Positions 8,472-16,340 of a stretch of DNA of 32,000 bases are shown here, one piece after another; the first letter of the stretch is position 1, and every line of letters begins with the position of its first letter. Made by a program: the position numbers and the translations under genes. The notes beneath the pieces were generated by a model. It was not told the DNA's origin. It did no database searches and saw nothing but the letters and a program-made list of their open reading frames with translations. The stretch covers positions 231,020 to 263,019 of the forward strand of contig NZ_JACJRF010000001.1 of assembly GCF_014697105.1 (NCBI RefSeq), given 5' to 3'. The DNA is from Anabaena subtropica FACHB-260 (GTDB lineage Bacteria; Cyanobacteriota; Cyanobacteriia; Cyanobacteriales; Nostocaceae).

Positions 8472-10085
8472 ATGAATCTTATTCAATTTCCCTGGCTAAC
8501 AGCCATAATTGCCTTGCCCTTGGTGGCAGCCCTAGCCATCCCCATAATTCCCGATAAAGAAGGAAAAACAGTCCGATGGTATGGTTTAGGAGTCGCATTT
8601 GCAGACTTCGCCTTAATGATTGCTGCCTTTTGGCACTACTACGACTTTCAAAACTCGACCTACCAATTCGTAGAGAAATATGCCTGGGTTCCTCAAATAG
8701 GGCTGAATTGGTCCGTAGCAGTTGACGGCTTATCGATGCCCTTACTGTTGTTAACAGGCTTAATTAACACACTCGCAATCTTCGCGGCTTGGAAAGTAAC
8801 CAACAAGCCGCGATTATTTTATGGGTTGATGCTGGTGATGTACAGCGCCCAGTTGGGTGTGTTTGTAGCCCAAGACTTATTGTTATTCTTCTTAATGTGG
8901 GAAATCGAGCTAGTTCCCGTCTACTTGCTGATTTCCATCTGGGGAGGCCCCAAACGCCGTTATGCAGCGACCAAATTCATCCTATACACTGCTGCTGCTT
9001 CTATATTTATTCTCTTATCCGGATTTGCTTTAGCATTCTCTGGAGATACCGTCACTTTTGACATTGCAGCTCTGGGAATGAAACAATATCCCAAAGCGAT
9101 CGAATTATTAGCTTATGCAGGATTTTTAATTGCCTTCGGTGTAAAACTACCAATATTTCCTTTACATACTTGGCTACCTGATGCCCACGGTGAAGCATCT
9201 GCACCTGGTTCCATGATTCTGGCTGGTGTGTTGTTAAAGATGGGTGGTTATGCCCTAATCCGCTTCAACATGGAAATGTTGCCCGATGCTCATGTTTACT
9301 TTGCCCCAGTCTTAGCAGTCTTAGGTGTCGTTAACATTGTTTACGGTGCTTGCTGTGCCTTTGCTCAAACCAACCTCAAACGCCGCCTAGCTTACTCTTC
9401 AATTGCCCACATGGGATTTGTGCTAATCGGTCTAGCTTCCTACACAGAAATTGGTGTTAGTGGAGCCATGCTACAAATGGTTTCTCACGGTTTAATTGCT
9501 GCTAGCTTGTTCTTCTTAACTGGTGTAACTTACGAACGTACCCACACCTTGTTGATGGACAAAATGGGTGGTATTGGTAAAGTCATGCCCAAAACCTTCG
9601 CTCTTTACACAGCAGGCGCAATGGCTTCTCTAGCTTTACCTGGAATGAGTGGCTTCGTCGGTGAGTTGATGGTGTTCATCGGTATCGCTACCAGTGATGT
9701 TTACAGTTCCAGTTTCAAGGTTGTAGTTGTCCTACTCTCAGCAGTGGGTGTAATTCTGACTCCGATTTACTTACTGTCTCTGTTACGCCAAGTATTCTAC
9801 GGCAAACAAAGCGAAGAGTTACATCTCGATGCCTTTGTTCCTGATGTCAAACCTCGTGAGTTGTTCATCACCGCTTCTCTGTTGCTTCCCATCATCGGTA
9901 TTGGTTTGTATCCCAAGTTAATCACACAAACTTATGATGTGAAGACTGTAGAAATTGCTACCCATGCTCGTCAAGTGCTACCAGTGGTTGCCAGACAACA
10001 ACCATCAAGTCTGTACTCCCAGATTTTTACAGCGCCAACACTGGCTAATGCTCAAGTTGAAAGTTTAGTTAATATCTCTAAGTAA
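8472..10085 (+). CDS. ndhD: NAD(P)H-quinone oxidoreductase (NDH-1) subunit 4, NdhD1/D2 type
   Basis: ORF 8460-10085, ATG at 8472 ([13 protein letters not shown]...). Strong resemblance to cyanobacterial NdhD: [47 protein letters not shown]. Multi-pass membrane protein. Confidence 0.92.
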   Translation: MNLIQFPWLTAIIALPLVAALAIPIIPDKEGKTVRWYGLGVAFADFALMIAAFWHYYDFQNSTYQFVEKYAWVPQIGLNWSVAVDGLSMPLLLLTGLINTLAIFAAWKVTNKPRLFYGLMLVMYSAQLGVFVAQDLLLFFLMWEIELVPVYLLISIWGGPKRRYAATKFILYTAAASIFILLSGFALAFSGDTVTFDIAALGMKQYPKAIELLAYAGFLIAFGVKLPIFPLHTWLPDAHGEASAPGSMILAGVLLKMGGYALIRFNMEMLPDAHVYFAPVLAVLGVVNIVYGACCAFAQTNLKRRLAYSSIAHMGFVLIGLASYTEIGVSGAMLQMVSHGLIAASLFFLTGVTYERTHTLLMDKMGGIGKVMPKTFALYTAGAMASLALPGMSGFVGELMVFIGIATSDVYSSSFKVVVVLLSAVGVILTPIYLLSLLRQVFYGKQSEELHLDAFVPDVKPRELFITASLLLPIIGIGLYPKLITQTYDVKTVEIATHARQVLPVVARQQPSSLYSQIFTAPTLANAQVESLVNISK

Positions 10086-10136
10086 ATATATCTCTCAGCA
10101 ATGGTGCTGAATGTAAATCCTAAATATGACTAACAT

Positions 10137-10171
10137 TAGGGGTGGTTGCAAAACTACCCCTAAAATTTTTT
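10137..10171. terminator. Hairpin plus T/A runs between convergent genes (possible bidirectional terminator)
   Basis: Stem TAGGGGT (10137-10143) / ACCCCTA (10156-10162), followed by AAAATTTTTT. It sits between the ndhD stop (10085) and the stop of the minus-strand gene (10174). Confidence 0.6.
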
Positions 10172-10173
10172 AG

Positions 10174-10590
10174 TTATTTTGGCAATTTTTTAGACCATTC
10201 CTGAAAATCATGTTCATAAGATTCTCCACTAGTTTTATAAGCATTCATACCAGAAAAGAATAAACCTAATCCCCAACCCAACAGGGGAAAAATTGCCCAG
10301 AAGTAGGAAGGACTTGTCAAGAAATTCAACACAATCAAAAATCCATTGACACCAATAAAAGAAATCAGGTGTGTTTTAAACTCTTCACGTCGTTGAGCAT
10401 GAAATCTTTGCCGCTTCTTTTCTCCTATTTCTTGAGTCAACCATTCTTGTTCAGCCGCTTGTAGAGATGCTGATGAAACCCCTAATTCCGAAGCAATTTC
10501 TATAATTTGCTGTCGTGAAATTTCTCCCTGTTGCTGACGAGTAAAAGCTTTTTGAAGAATCTGCTGCATTTGTTCTGAATTGTAAGTCAT
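10174..10590 (-). CDS. 2TM domain-containing membrane protein
   Basis: 138 aa. A polar helical N-terminal part is followed by two adjacent hydrophobic helices (HLISFIGVNGFLIVLNFL, WAIFPLLGWGLGLFFSGM), the layout typical of the 2TM family. Confidence 0.6.
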   Translation of the reverse strand: MTYNSEQMQQILQKAFTRQQQGEISRQQIIEIASELGVSSASLQAAEQEWLTQEIGEKKRQRFHAQRREEFKTHLISFIGVNGFLIVLNFLTSPSYFWAIFPLLGWGLGLFFSGMNAYKTSGESYEHDFQEWSKKLPK

Positions 10591-11105
10591 ATAAATACCT
10601 CAAAAAGGAGAAAAGATAAATTTTGGAACTTTAGCTACAAAACCCTTAAAAATATATTTACCTGTTGTTACGAACTGCTAAGACTCACATTTTATATCTG
10701 AAAAAATAATCCATACAGTAATTGAAAACACAAATATATAAGACAATTTTTTTGTTAGAGTGCCTTACTTAGAGCCTATTTATAAAGTAAATATTAAGTA
10801 GGGGAGGCAAAAAGCGGTGTAGATCTTCTTCCCGCTTTATTGCCGTTGTGTTACGGCAGCGTGAGGACTTGAGTATGAACGACAGTATAAATTGCCGTAA
10901 CGCACCATAATCACACGGTGCGTTACGCGTTGCTTTAATACACCCCACAATTTAAGCTTTATGCCGAAAATATCGCTTGGGGAAGAAACTATCACCCAAA
11001 ACTTAAAATTCAGGTAGTAGTCTTTCGGAGGTGATAAATTGAGATTTTGATCATCACTTCTAACAAACTTGTAAAATGTAAACAGTGAACAATTATTTTC
11101 ACCTT

Positions 11106-11264
11106 ATGACTGTAAAAAATCAGCCTGAAAAAGATAAATTGGACGCAAGTGCTAACATAAATACCAACCAAGAAATAGAAAAAATTTTATGTTCTCATTG
11201 TCAGCGTACAGCTACAAACGGAATTAAATGTAAAGGAATCTGTATAACTGACAATGAATATTAA
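11106..11264 (+). CDS. Small Cys-rich protein (52 aa), not in the ORF track
   Basis: Translated by hand from ATG 11106 to TAA 11262-11264: MTVKNQPEKDKLDASANINTNQEIEKILCSHCQRTATNGIKCKGICITDNEY. The CxxC-x10-CxxxC spacing suggests a zinc-ribbon-like protein. No clear SD. Confidence 0.4.
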   Translation: MTVKNQPEKDKLDASANINTNQEIEKILCSHCQRTATNGIKCKGICITDNEY

Positions 11265-12724
11265 CAAGATTTTAACTGTGTTAGTAATACAACTATTTCA
11301 TCAATGGCTTGCCGTAAAACACTCGCTGGCTGTCCAGATTGATTCACCATAACACTAAAAACTAAAGGTTCATACGTAGGAGGATTCACATATCCAGATA
11401 GAGAAATTGCACCGCTTAAAGTGCCTGTTTTTGCTTGTACAATTCCCTCCGCAGGAGTATTACGCAAGCGGTTTCTCAACGTACCACTTTTCCCAGCCAC
11501 AGGTAAGGAAGCACGATATACATTGGCGACTGGTGTTTTGCTTATTCCTTGCAAAGTTTGTACTAAAGCTTCAGGAGTTATTAAATTACGTCGAGATAAA
11601 CCAGAAGCATCTACCAAAACATAACCTGTGGGATCAACACCTAATTGATTTAAGTTTGTTTTAATAGCTTCTAAACCAATGTCAGCAGTAGTTTTATTCT
11701 GCAATCTGGGTTGTTTAAATGCTAATGTTCTTAATAAAGCCTCAGCATACAAATTATTACTATTTTGATTTGTCTCTATCAACAATTGTGATAAAGGCGG
11801 GGACTGTACAGCAGCTAATTCCTGTTGATTAGCAGCACTAGAAGCAACTAATGTTGTACCCAAACTAATTTTTTCTGTGGATAAGGCACTACGAAAACGT
11901 CGCAGGAAGTAATAATTAGGATCAACTACGGGCAATTCTACTAAATATGGAGTGGAATTAGCTGCAACTTGTCCTTTAATTCGCAGCACTTTTCCTGTTA
12001 AATCACGGCTAACATCAATATAACTTGGTTGATTTGCTGCAACTGTTACAGATTGATTGATTATCAACCATTGTCTTGCTTCATTGGGGTCATTCCACAA
12101 CAATTGTGGAGTCTTACCTACAGTTTGAGGAATGAGTTTTAAACCAAATACATTTTGATTCAAAATAAAACTATTGACTGGCGCACCATAATTTGACTGC
12201 ACATCTTCCCATTGCCAAGTCGAGTTAACAATATCCCCTTGAATATAACTATCATCAGCAATTAGCTGACTAATTTGGGTGATACCTTTCTGTTTTAGTT
12301 GTTGTGCTAGTGATTGCAATTGAGTATCGCTGAGGCTAGGGTCACCTCTACCAACAACAGTGAAATTGCCATTACCATTTTGATAAACTGAGGTACGAAT
12401 ACGAAAGTCTGCACCTAGTTGTTGTAAGGCAGCAGCTGTAGTCAGCAATTTAGCATTAGAAGCGGGAGTGAAGTATTTCTCTGCATCTCGACTGTAGAGT
12501 GTTTGCACGGATGAGAGAGGTTTTACTAAGATACCCCAGCGCACTCGATTAAATAAGGGACGATTAACTATTGTATCTATGGCTGTTCTCAGTTCCGCCG
12601 GACAAATAGATTTTGTGGTGGGTGTAGGTGCGGTTGGGGTTTGGGCTTTAACTAGTTGCTGGGTAACACTAACTTGAACACTAATAAATAATGCCATCAA
12701 GCCAAGAGAAATTTTTCGGGGCAT
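11261..12724 (-). CDS. dacB: D-alanyl-D-alanine carboxypeptidase/endopeptidase (PBP4, peptidase S13)
   Basis: Signal peptide, then the active-site motifs SNAK (TPASNAKLLT), SGLSRRN and KTGT (VQAKTGTLSG). Confidence 0.88.
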   Translation of the reverse strand: MPRKISLGLMALFISVQVSVTQQLVKAQTPTAPTPTTKSICPAELRTAIDTIVNRPLFNRVRWGILVKPLSSVQTLYSRDAEKYFTPASNAKLLTTAAALQQLGADFRIRTSVYQNGNGNFTVVGRGDPSLSDTQLQSLAQQLKQKGITQISQLIADDSYIQGDIVNSTWQWEDVQSNYGAPVNSFILNQNVFGLKLIPQTVGKTPQLLWNDPNEARQWLIINQSVTVAANQPSYIDVSRDLTGKVLRIKGQVAANSTPYLVELPVVDPNYYFLRRFRSALSTEKISLGTTLVASSAANQQELAAVQSPPLSQLLIETNQNSNNLYAEALLRTLAFKQPRLQNKTTADIGLEAIKTNLNQLGVDPTGYVLVDASGLSRRNLITPEALVQTLQGISKTPVANVYRASLPVAGKSGTLRNRLRNTPAEGIVQAKTGTLSGAISLSGYVNPPTYEPLVFSVMVNQSGQPASVLRQAIDEIVVLLTQLKSC

Positions 12725-12821
12725 ACAGAGTGATTAAAACTACTTGACGATGATAGCTTGCTTATGAATTGAACCACTAGGCGCGGGAAAGCATTATTCT
12801 CTATTGAGAGGCTGTTAAACT

Positions 12822-13286
12822 GTGAAAAATCAGTATAATTGCGCTTTTATTGAGTTTATGTCATTAACTGCTGCTGCGATCGCTACTTTAATTGCCACTA
12901 AGGTCTTTGAAACAACCGTAGAGAAAATAACTGAAAGTACAATAGACAAGCTGAAACTGCTACGTCAGAAAATTTGGGACAAGTTCACGGGTAAGCCGAA
13001 AGCGCAAGAAGCTTTAACAAAAGCTGAACAAGGTTCTAAGGAAGATTTAAACTTGGTTACCGCCTACCTACAGGTAGAAATGGATACAGATAGTCAATTT
13101 GGCGAAGAAGTTCAAAGCCTTGCCCAAGAAATTCACCAAGAAATTAATATTGGTAAGATTCAAGGTAAAAATGTCCAAAATGTTTATGGAGGGCAAGGTT
13201 TTCAGAATATTGATAGTAAAGCACCCATCTTTCAAGGTGTAGAAAATAGCCCGATTACTATCAATTACAATAATTCTTCTGATTGA
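12822..13286 (+). CDS. N-terminal helical module plus Q/N/G-rich linker of an NLR-like protein, ended by an in-frame TGA
   Basis: ORF from GTG 12822 (alternative ATG 12858, MSLTAAAIATLIATKVFE...). It is in the same frame as the NB-ARC ORF at 13347, with one TGA at 13284-13286 and 20 sense codons between them. Confidence 0.6.
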   Translation: MKNQYNCAFIEFMSLTAAAIATLIATKVFETTVEKITESTIDKLKLLRQKIWDKFTGKPKAQEALTKAEQGSKEDLNLVTAYLQVEMDTDSQFGEEVQSLAQEIHQEINIGKIQGKNVQNVYGGQGFQNIDSKAPIFQGVENSPITINYNNSSD

Positions 13287-13346
13287 CTACAGTCGCCTGA
13301 ACGGGAACGGGCAGAGTTAAATCCCCATAGTAGAATACCGGAGAAT

Positions 13347-16013
13347 TTGCCCCTGAGTGGGGTAACAAAATTTGTTGGGCGGGAGGAGGAACTGCACACC
13401 CTCCGCCAACTTTTACAGAAAAATGACCGTGTAGCCATTGCGGCTATTGCGGGGATGGGTGGACTGGGTAAAACAGAACTGGCGTTGCAATATGCCATCC
13501 AGCATCGTGAAATTTATACGGGGGGAATTTGCTGGTTATTGCCCAAGTCTGGGGATGTGGGGCTACAAATTGTCCAGTTTGCCAGAACTTATTTTGATTT
13601 AAACCCACCGGATGATTTAGATTTACCCGGACGGGTGCAGTATTGCTGGCGGCGTTGGCGTGAGGGTGAGGTGTTGCTGGTGGTGGATGATGTCAGCGAC
13701 TATGAGGAAGTCAAGCTTTATCTTCCGTCCTCATCTTCTCGGTTTAAAGTGTTGTTGACTTCCCGCCAGCGTTTGGGAAAAATTGCCCAGTTATCTTTAG
13801 ATGTGCTGCAACCAGAGGCGGCGTTAGAGTTGTTGGTGTCGATTATTGGCAAGGAACGGGTTGAAAATGACCTAAACCCCCTGCCCCCTTCCCTACTAGG
13901 GAAGGGGGAGAGTGATTCCCCTCGCCTTGTAGGAGAGGGGTTAGGGGAGAGGTCAGAGGGTGAATTAGTGGCGTTGGGGTTGTGTGAGTGGTTGGGGTAT
14001 TTGCCTTTGGCTGTAGAGTTGGTGGGACGGTATCTGGCACGAAAGCAAGATTTATCGCTGGCGGAAATGTTGCGACGGTTGGAGAATAAGCGACTAGAAC
14101 AACGCGCCTTGATGAAGGCAGAAGCTGATATGACAGCAAAACGAGGTGTGTTAGCTGCTTTTGAGTTGAGTTGGCTGGAATTAGAGGAAAATGATCAGCA
14201 ATTGGGTTGTTTATTAAGTTTATTCGCCGCCGCGCCTATCCCTTGGAAGTTGGTGGAACAGTGCTTACCAGAGGAAGATGAGGAAGATTTAGAAGATATT
14301 AGAGACGATAAGTTGCTGAATCTGCATTTACTCCAGCGTAAAGGTGAGGGAATATATCAACTGCATTCCCTGTTGCGGGAGTTTTTCCAATTTAAGCTTA
14401 GAGGTTTAGAACAGGCAGAGGAATTTAAGCATTCTGTTTGTAGAGTGATGATAGCAGTTGCTCAAGATATTTCTTATACTTCCACACTTGTGCAAATTAA
14501 GAATGTCGCCCCAGCAATACCTCACTTAGCAGAAGTAGCAACCAATCTCTTTCAGTATATTAGTAATGATGATTTAATTTGGGCATTTGTTGGCAACGCT
14601 TTTTTTTATCATGGTCAAGGACTATATGATAAAGCAGTACCTTGGTTTGAGCAGTGCCTAGAAATTACCAAAAAACACTTAGGGGAAGAACATCCATCTG
14701 TCGCCACTAGCCTCAACAACCTAGCGTCACTCTACAAATCCCAAGGGAAATACAGCAAAGCCGAACCCTTGTACATCCAAGCTTTGGCTCTGTATCGCAA
14801 ACTCTTAGGTGAAGAACATCTAGATGTCGCACTCAGTCTCAACAACCTCGCAGCACTCTACGACTCCCAAGGGAAATACAGCGAAGCCGAACCCTTGTAC
14901 ATCCAAGCTTTGGCTCTCAAGCTCAAACTCCTGGGTGAAGAACATCTAGATGTCGCACTTAGCCTCAACAATTTAGCAGAACTCTACAAATCCCAAGGGA
15001 AATACAGCAAAGCCGAACTCTTGTACATCCAAGCTTTGACTCTCAAGCGCAAACTCCTGGGTGAAGAACATCCATCTGTCGCACTTAGCCTCAACAACCT
15101 CACAGCACTCTACCACTCCCAAGGGAAATACAGCGAAGCTGAATTCTTGTTCATCCAAGCTTTGGCACTGCGGCGTAAACTCCTGGGTGAAGAACATCCT
15201 GATGTCGCCCAAAGCCTCAACAACCTAGCTCTACTCTACAAATCCCAAGGAAAATACAGCGAAGCCGAACCCTTGTACATCCAAGCTTTGGCTCTGTGTC
15301 GCAAACTCCTGGGTGAAGAACATCCTGATGTTGCCACTAGCCTCAACAACCTAGCTCTACTCTATGACTCCCAAGGGAAATACAGCGAAGCCGAACTCTT
15401 GTATATCCAAGCTTTGGCACTGCGGCGTAAACTCCTGGGTGAAGAACATCCTGATGTCGCCACTAGCCTCAACAATCTAGCTGGACTCTATGACTTCCAA
15501 GGGAAATACAGCCAAGCCGAACTCTTGTACATCCAAGCTTTGGCTCTGTATCGCAAACTCCTGGGTGAAGAACATCCTGATGTCGCCACTAGCCTCAACA
15601 ACCTAGCGTCACTCTACTACTCCCAAGGGAAATACAGCGAAGCCGAACCCTTGTACATCCAAGCTTTGGCACTGCGGCGCAAACTCCTGGGTGAAGAACA
15701 TCCTGATGTCGCCACTAGCCTCAACAACCTCGCAGCACTCTACGACTCCCAAGGGAAATACAGCGAAGCTGAACCCTTGTACATTCAAGCTTTGGCACTG
15801 CGGCGTAAACTCCTGGGTGAAGAACATCCTGATGTCGCCCAAAGCCTCAACAACCTAGCTGAACTCTACGACTCCCAAGGGAAATACAGCGAAGCCGAAC
15901 CCTTGTACATCCAAGCTTTAGATATTTTTGAGCAACAGTTAGGAGTAAATCATCCTAATACGGTGACTGTGCGTAAAAATTTAGCATATTTGCGTGAGTG
16001 TTTAAACTCATAA
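13347..16013 (+). CDS. NB-ARC (STAND NTPase) plus TPR-repeat protein, NLR-like. May be the 3' part of a split or readthrough gene.
   Basis: P-loop GMGGLGKTELA, Walker B LLVVDDV, LLTSRQR and a GLPLA-like LGYLPLAVEL, followed by about 12 TPR units. The only start before the P-loop is TTG 13347; the first ATG lies inside the P-loop. Confidence 0.8.
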   Translation: MPLSGVTKFVGREEELHTLRQLLQKNDRVAIAAIAGMGGLGKTELALQYAIQHREIYTGGICWLLPKSGDVGLQIVQFARTYFDLNPPDDLDLPGRVQYCWRRWREGEVLLVVDDVSDYEEVKLYLPSSSSRFKVLLTSRQRLGKIAQLSLDVLQPEAALELLVSIIGKERVENDLNPLPPSLLGKGESDSPRLVGEGLGERSEGELVALGLCEWLGYLPLAVELVGRYLARKQDLSLAEMLRRLENKRLEQRALMKAEADMTAKRGVLAAFELSWLELEENDQQLGCLLSLFAAAPIPWKLVEQCLPEEDEEDLEDIRDDKLLNLHLLQRKGEGIYQLHSLLREFFQFKLRGLEQAEEFKHSVCRVMIAVAQDISYTSTLVQIKNVAPAIPHLAEVATNLFQYISNDDLIWAFVGNAFFYHGQGLYDKAVPWFEQCLEITKKHLGEEHPSVATSLNNLASLYKSQGKYSKAEPLYIQALALYRKLLGEEHLDVALSLNNLAALYDSQGKYSEAEPLYIQALALKLKLLGEEHLDVALSLNNLAELYKSQGKYSKAELLYIQALTLKRKLLGEEHPSVALSLNNLTALYHSQGKYSEAEFLFIQALALRRKLLGEEHPDVAQSLNNLALLYKSQGKYSEAEPLYIQALALCRKLLGEEHPDVATSLNNLALLYDSQGKYSEAELLYIQALALRRKLLGEEHPDVATSLNNLAGLYDFQGKYSQAELLYIQALALYRKLLGEEHPDVATSLNNLASLYYSQGKYSEAEPLYIQALALRRKLLGEEHPDVATSLNNLAALYDSQGKYSEAEPLYIQALALRRKLLGEEHPDVAQSLNNLAELYDSQGKYSEAEPLYIQALDIFEQQLGVNHPNTVTVRKNLAYLRECLNS
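13870..13965. repeat. Hairpin-type small dispersed repeat inserted in frame within the NB-ARC domain
   Basis: Palindrome CCCCCTTCCCTA-C-TAGGGAAGGGGG (13884-13908) and hairpin CCCCTC...GAGGGG (13918-13940). Together they encode LNPLPPSLLGKGESDSPRLVGEGLGERSEG between conserved NB-ARC helices. Borders are approximate. Confidence 0.65.
14679..15938 (+). repeat. Tandem 126-bp repeat array (ten near-identical 42-aa TPR units)
   Basis: The unit LGEEHPDVATSLNNLAxLYxSQGKYSEAEPLYIQALALRRKL recurs ten times with very high nucleotide identity. Degenerate units flank the array. Confidence 0.9.
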
Positions 16014-16076
16014 GCAGAATAATCAGGTTCATTCTTAAATACGCGATGCTGGCGGCGATGCTTTTCTACATTTAAA

Positions 16077-16309
16077 CACAAACTTTGGTGTTCTAACCTC
16101 GAACTTTCGTGTTCTGAACTCGAAGTTTTCTGTTTCAAGTGAGAATGTTTCTGTTTCAAGTGAGAATGTTCTTGTTTCAAGTGAGAATGTTTCTGTTTCA
16201 GGTGAGAATGTTTCTGTTTTAAGTGAGAACATTCCTGTTTTAAAGGAGAACATTTTTGTTTTAAGCGAGAACGTTTTAGTTTCAGGTGAGAACGTTCCTG
16301 TTTTAAGGT
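16077..16309. repeat. Non-coding tandem array of about 11 units of 21 bp
   Basis: The unit TGTTTCAAGTGAGAATGTTTC is identical or near-identical at 16121-16204 and degenerates toward both flanks. There are no spacers. Confidence 0.85.
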
Positions 16310-16340
16310 GAGTTCGACGAATAAAAAACCCCTCTCGAAA

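Noticed and set aside
13843-14139. Minus-strand 98-aa ORF inside the NB-ARC region.
   Set aside because: It is kept open by the GC-rich hairpin repeat (translating as PLLQGEGNHSPPSLVGKGAGGLG) and is antisense to a motif-supported CDS.
14973-15842. Minus-strand ORFs 14973-15212 and 15609-15842.
   Set aside because: They are periodic shadows of the 126-bp TPR repeat, and their two translations are near copies of each other.
16077-16309. The 21-bp array as a CRISPR locus.
   Set aside because: The units are directly adjacent with no spacers, the unit is shorter than typical CRISPR repeats, and there are no cas genes in the window.
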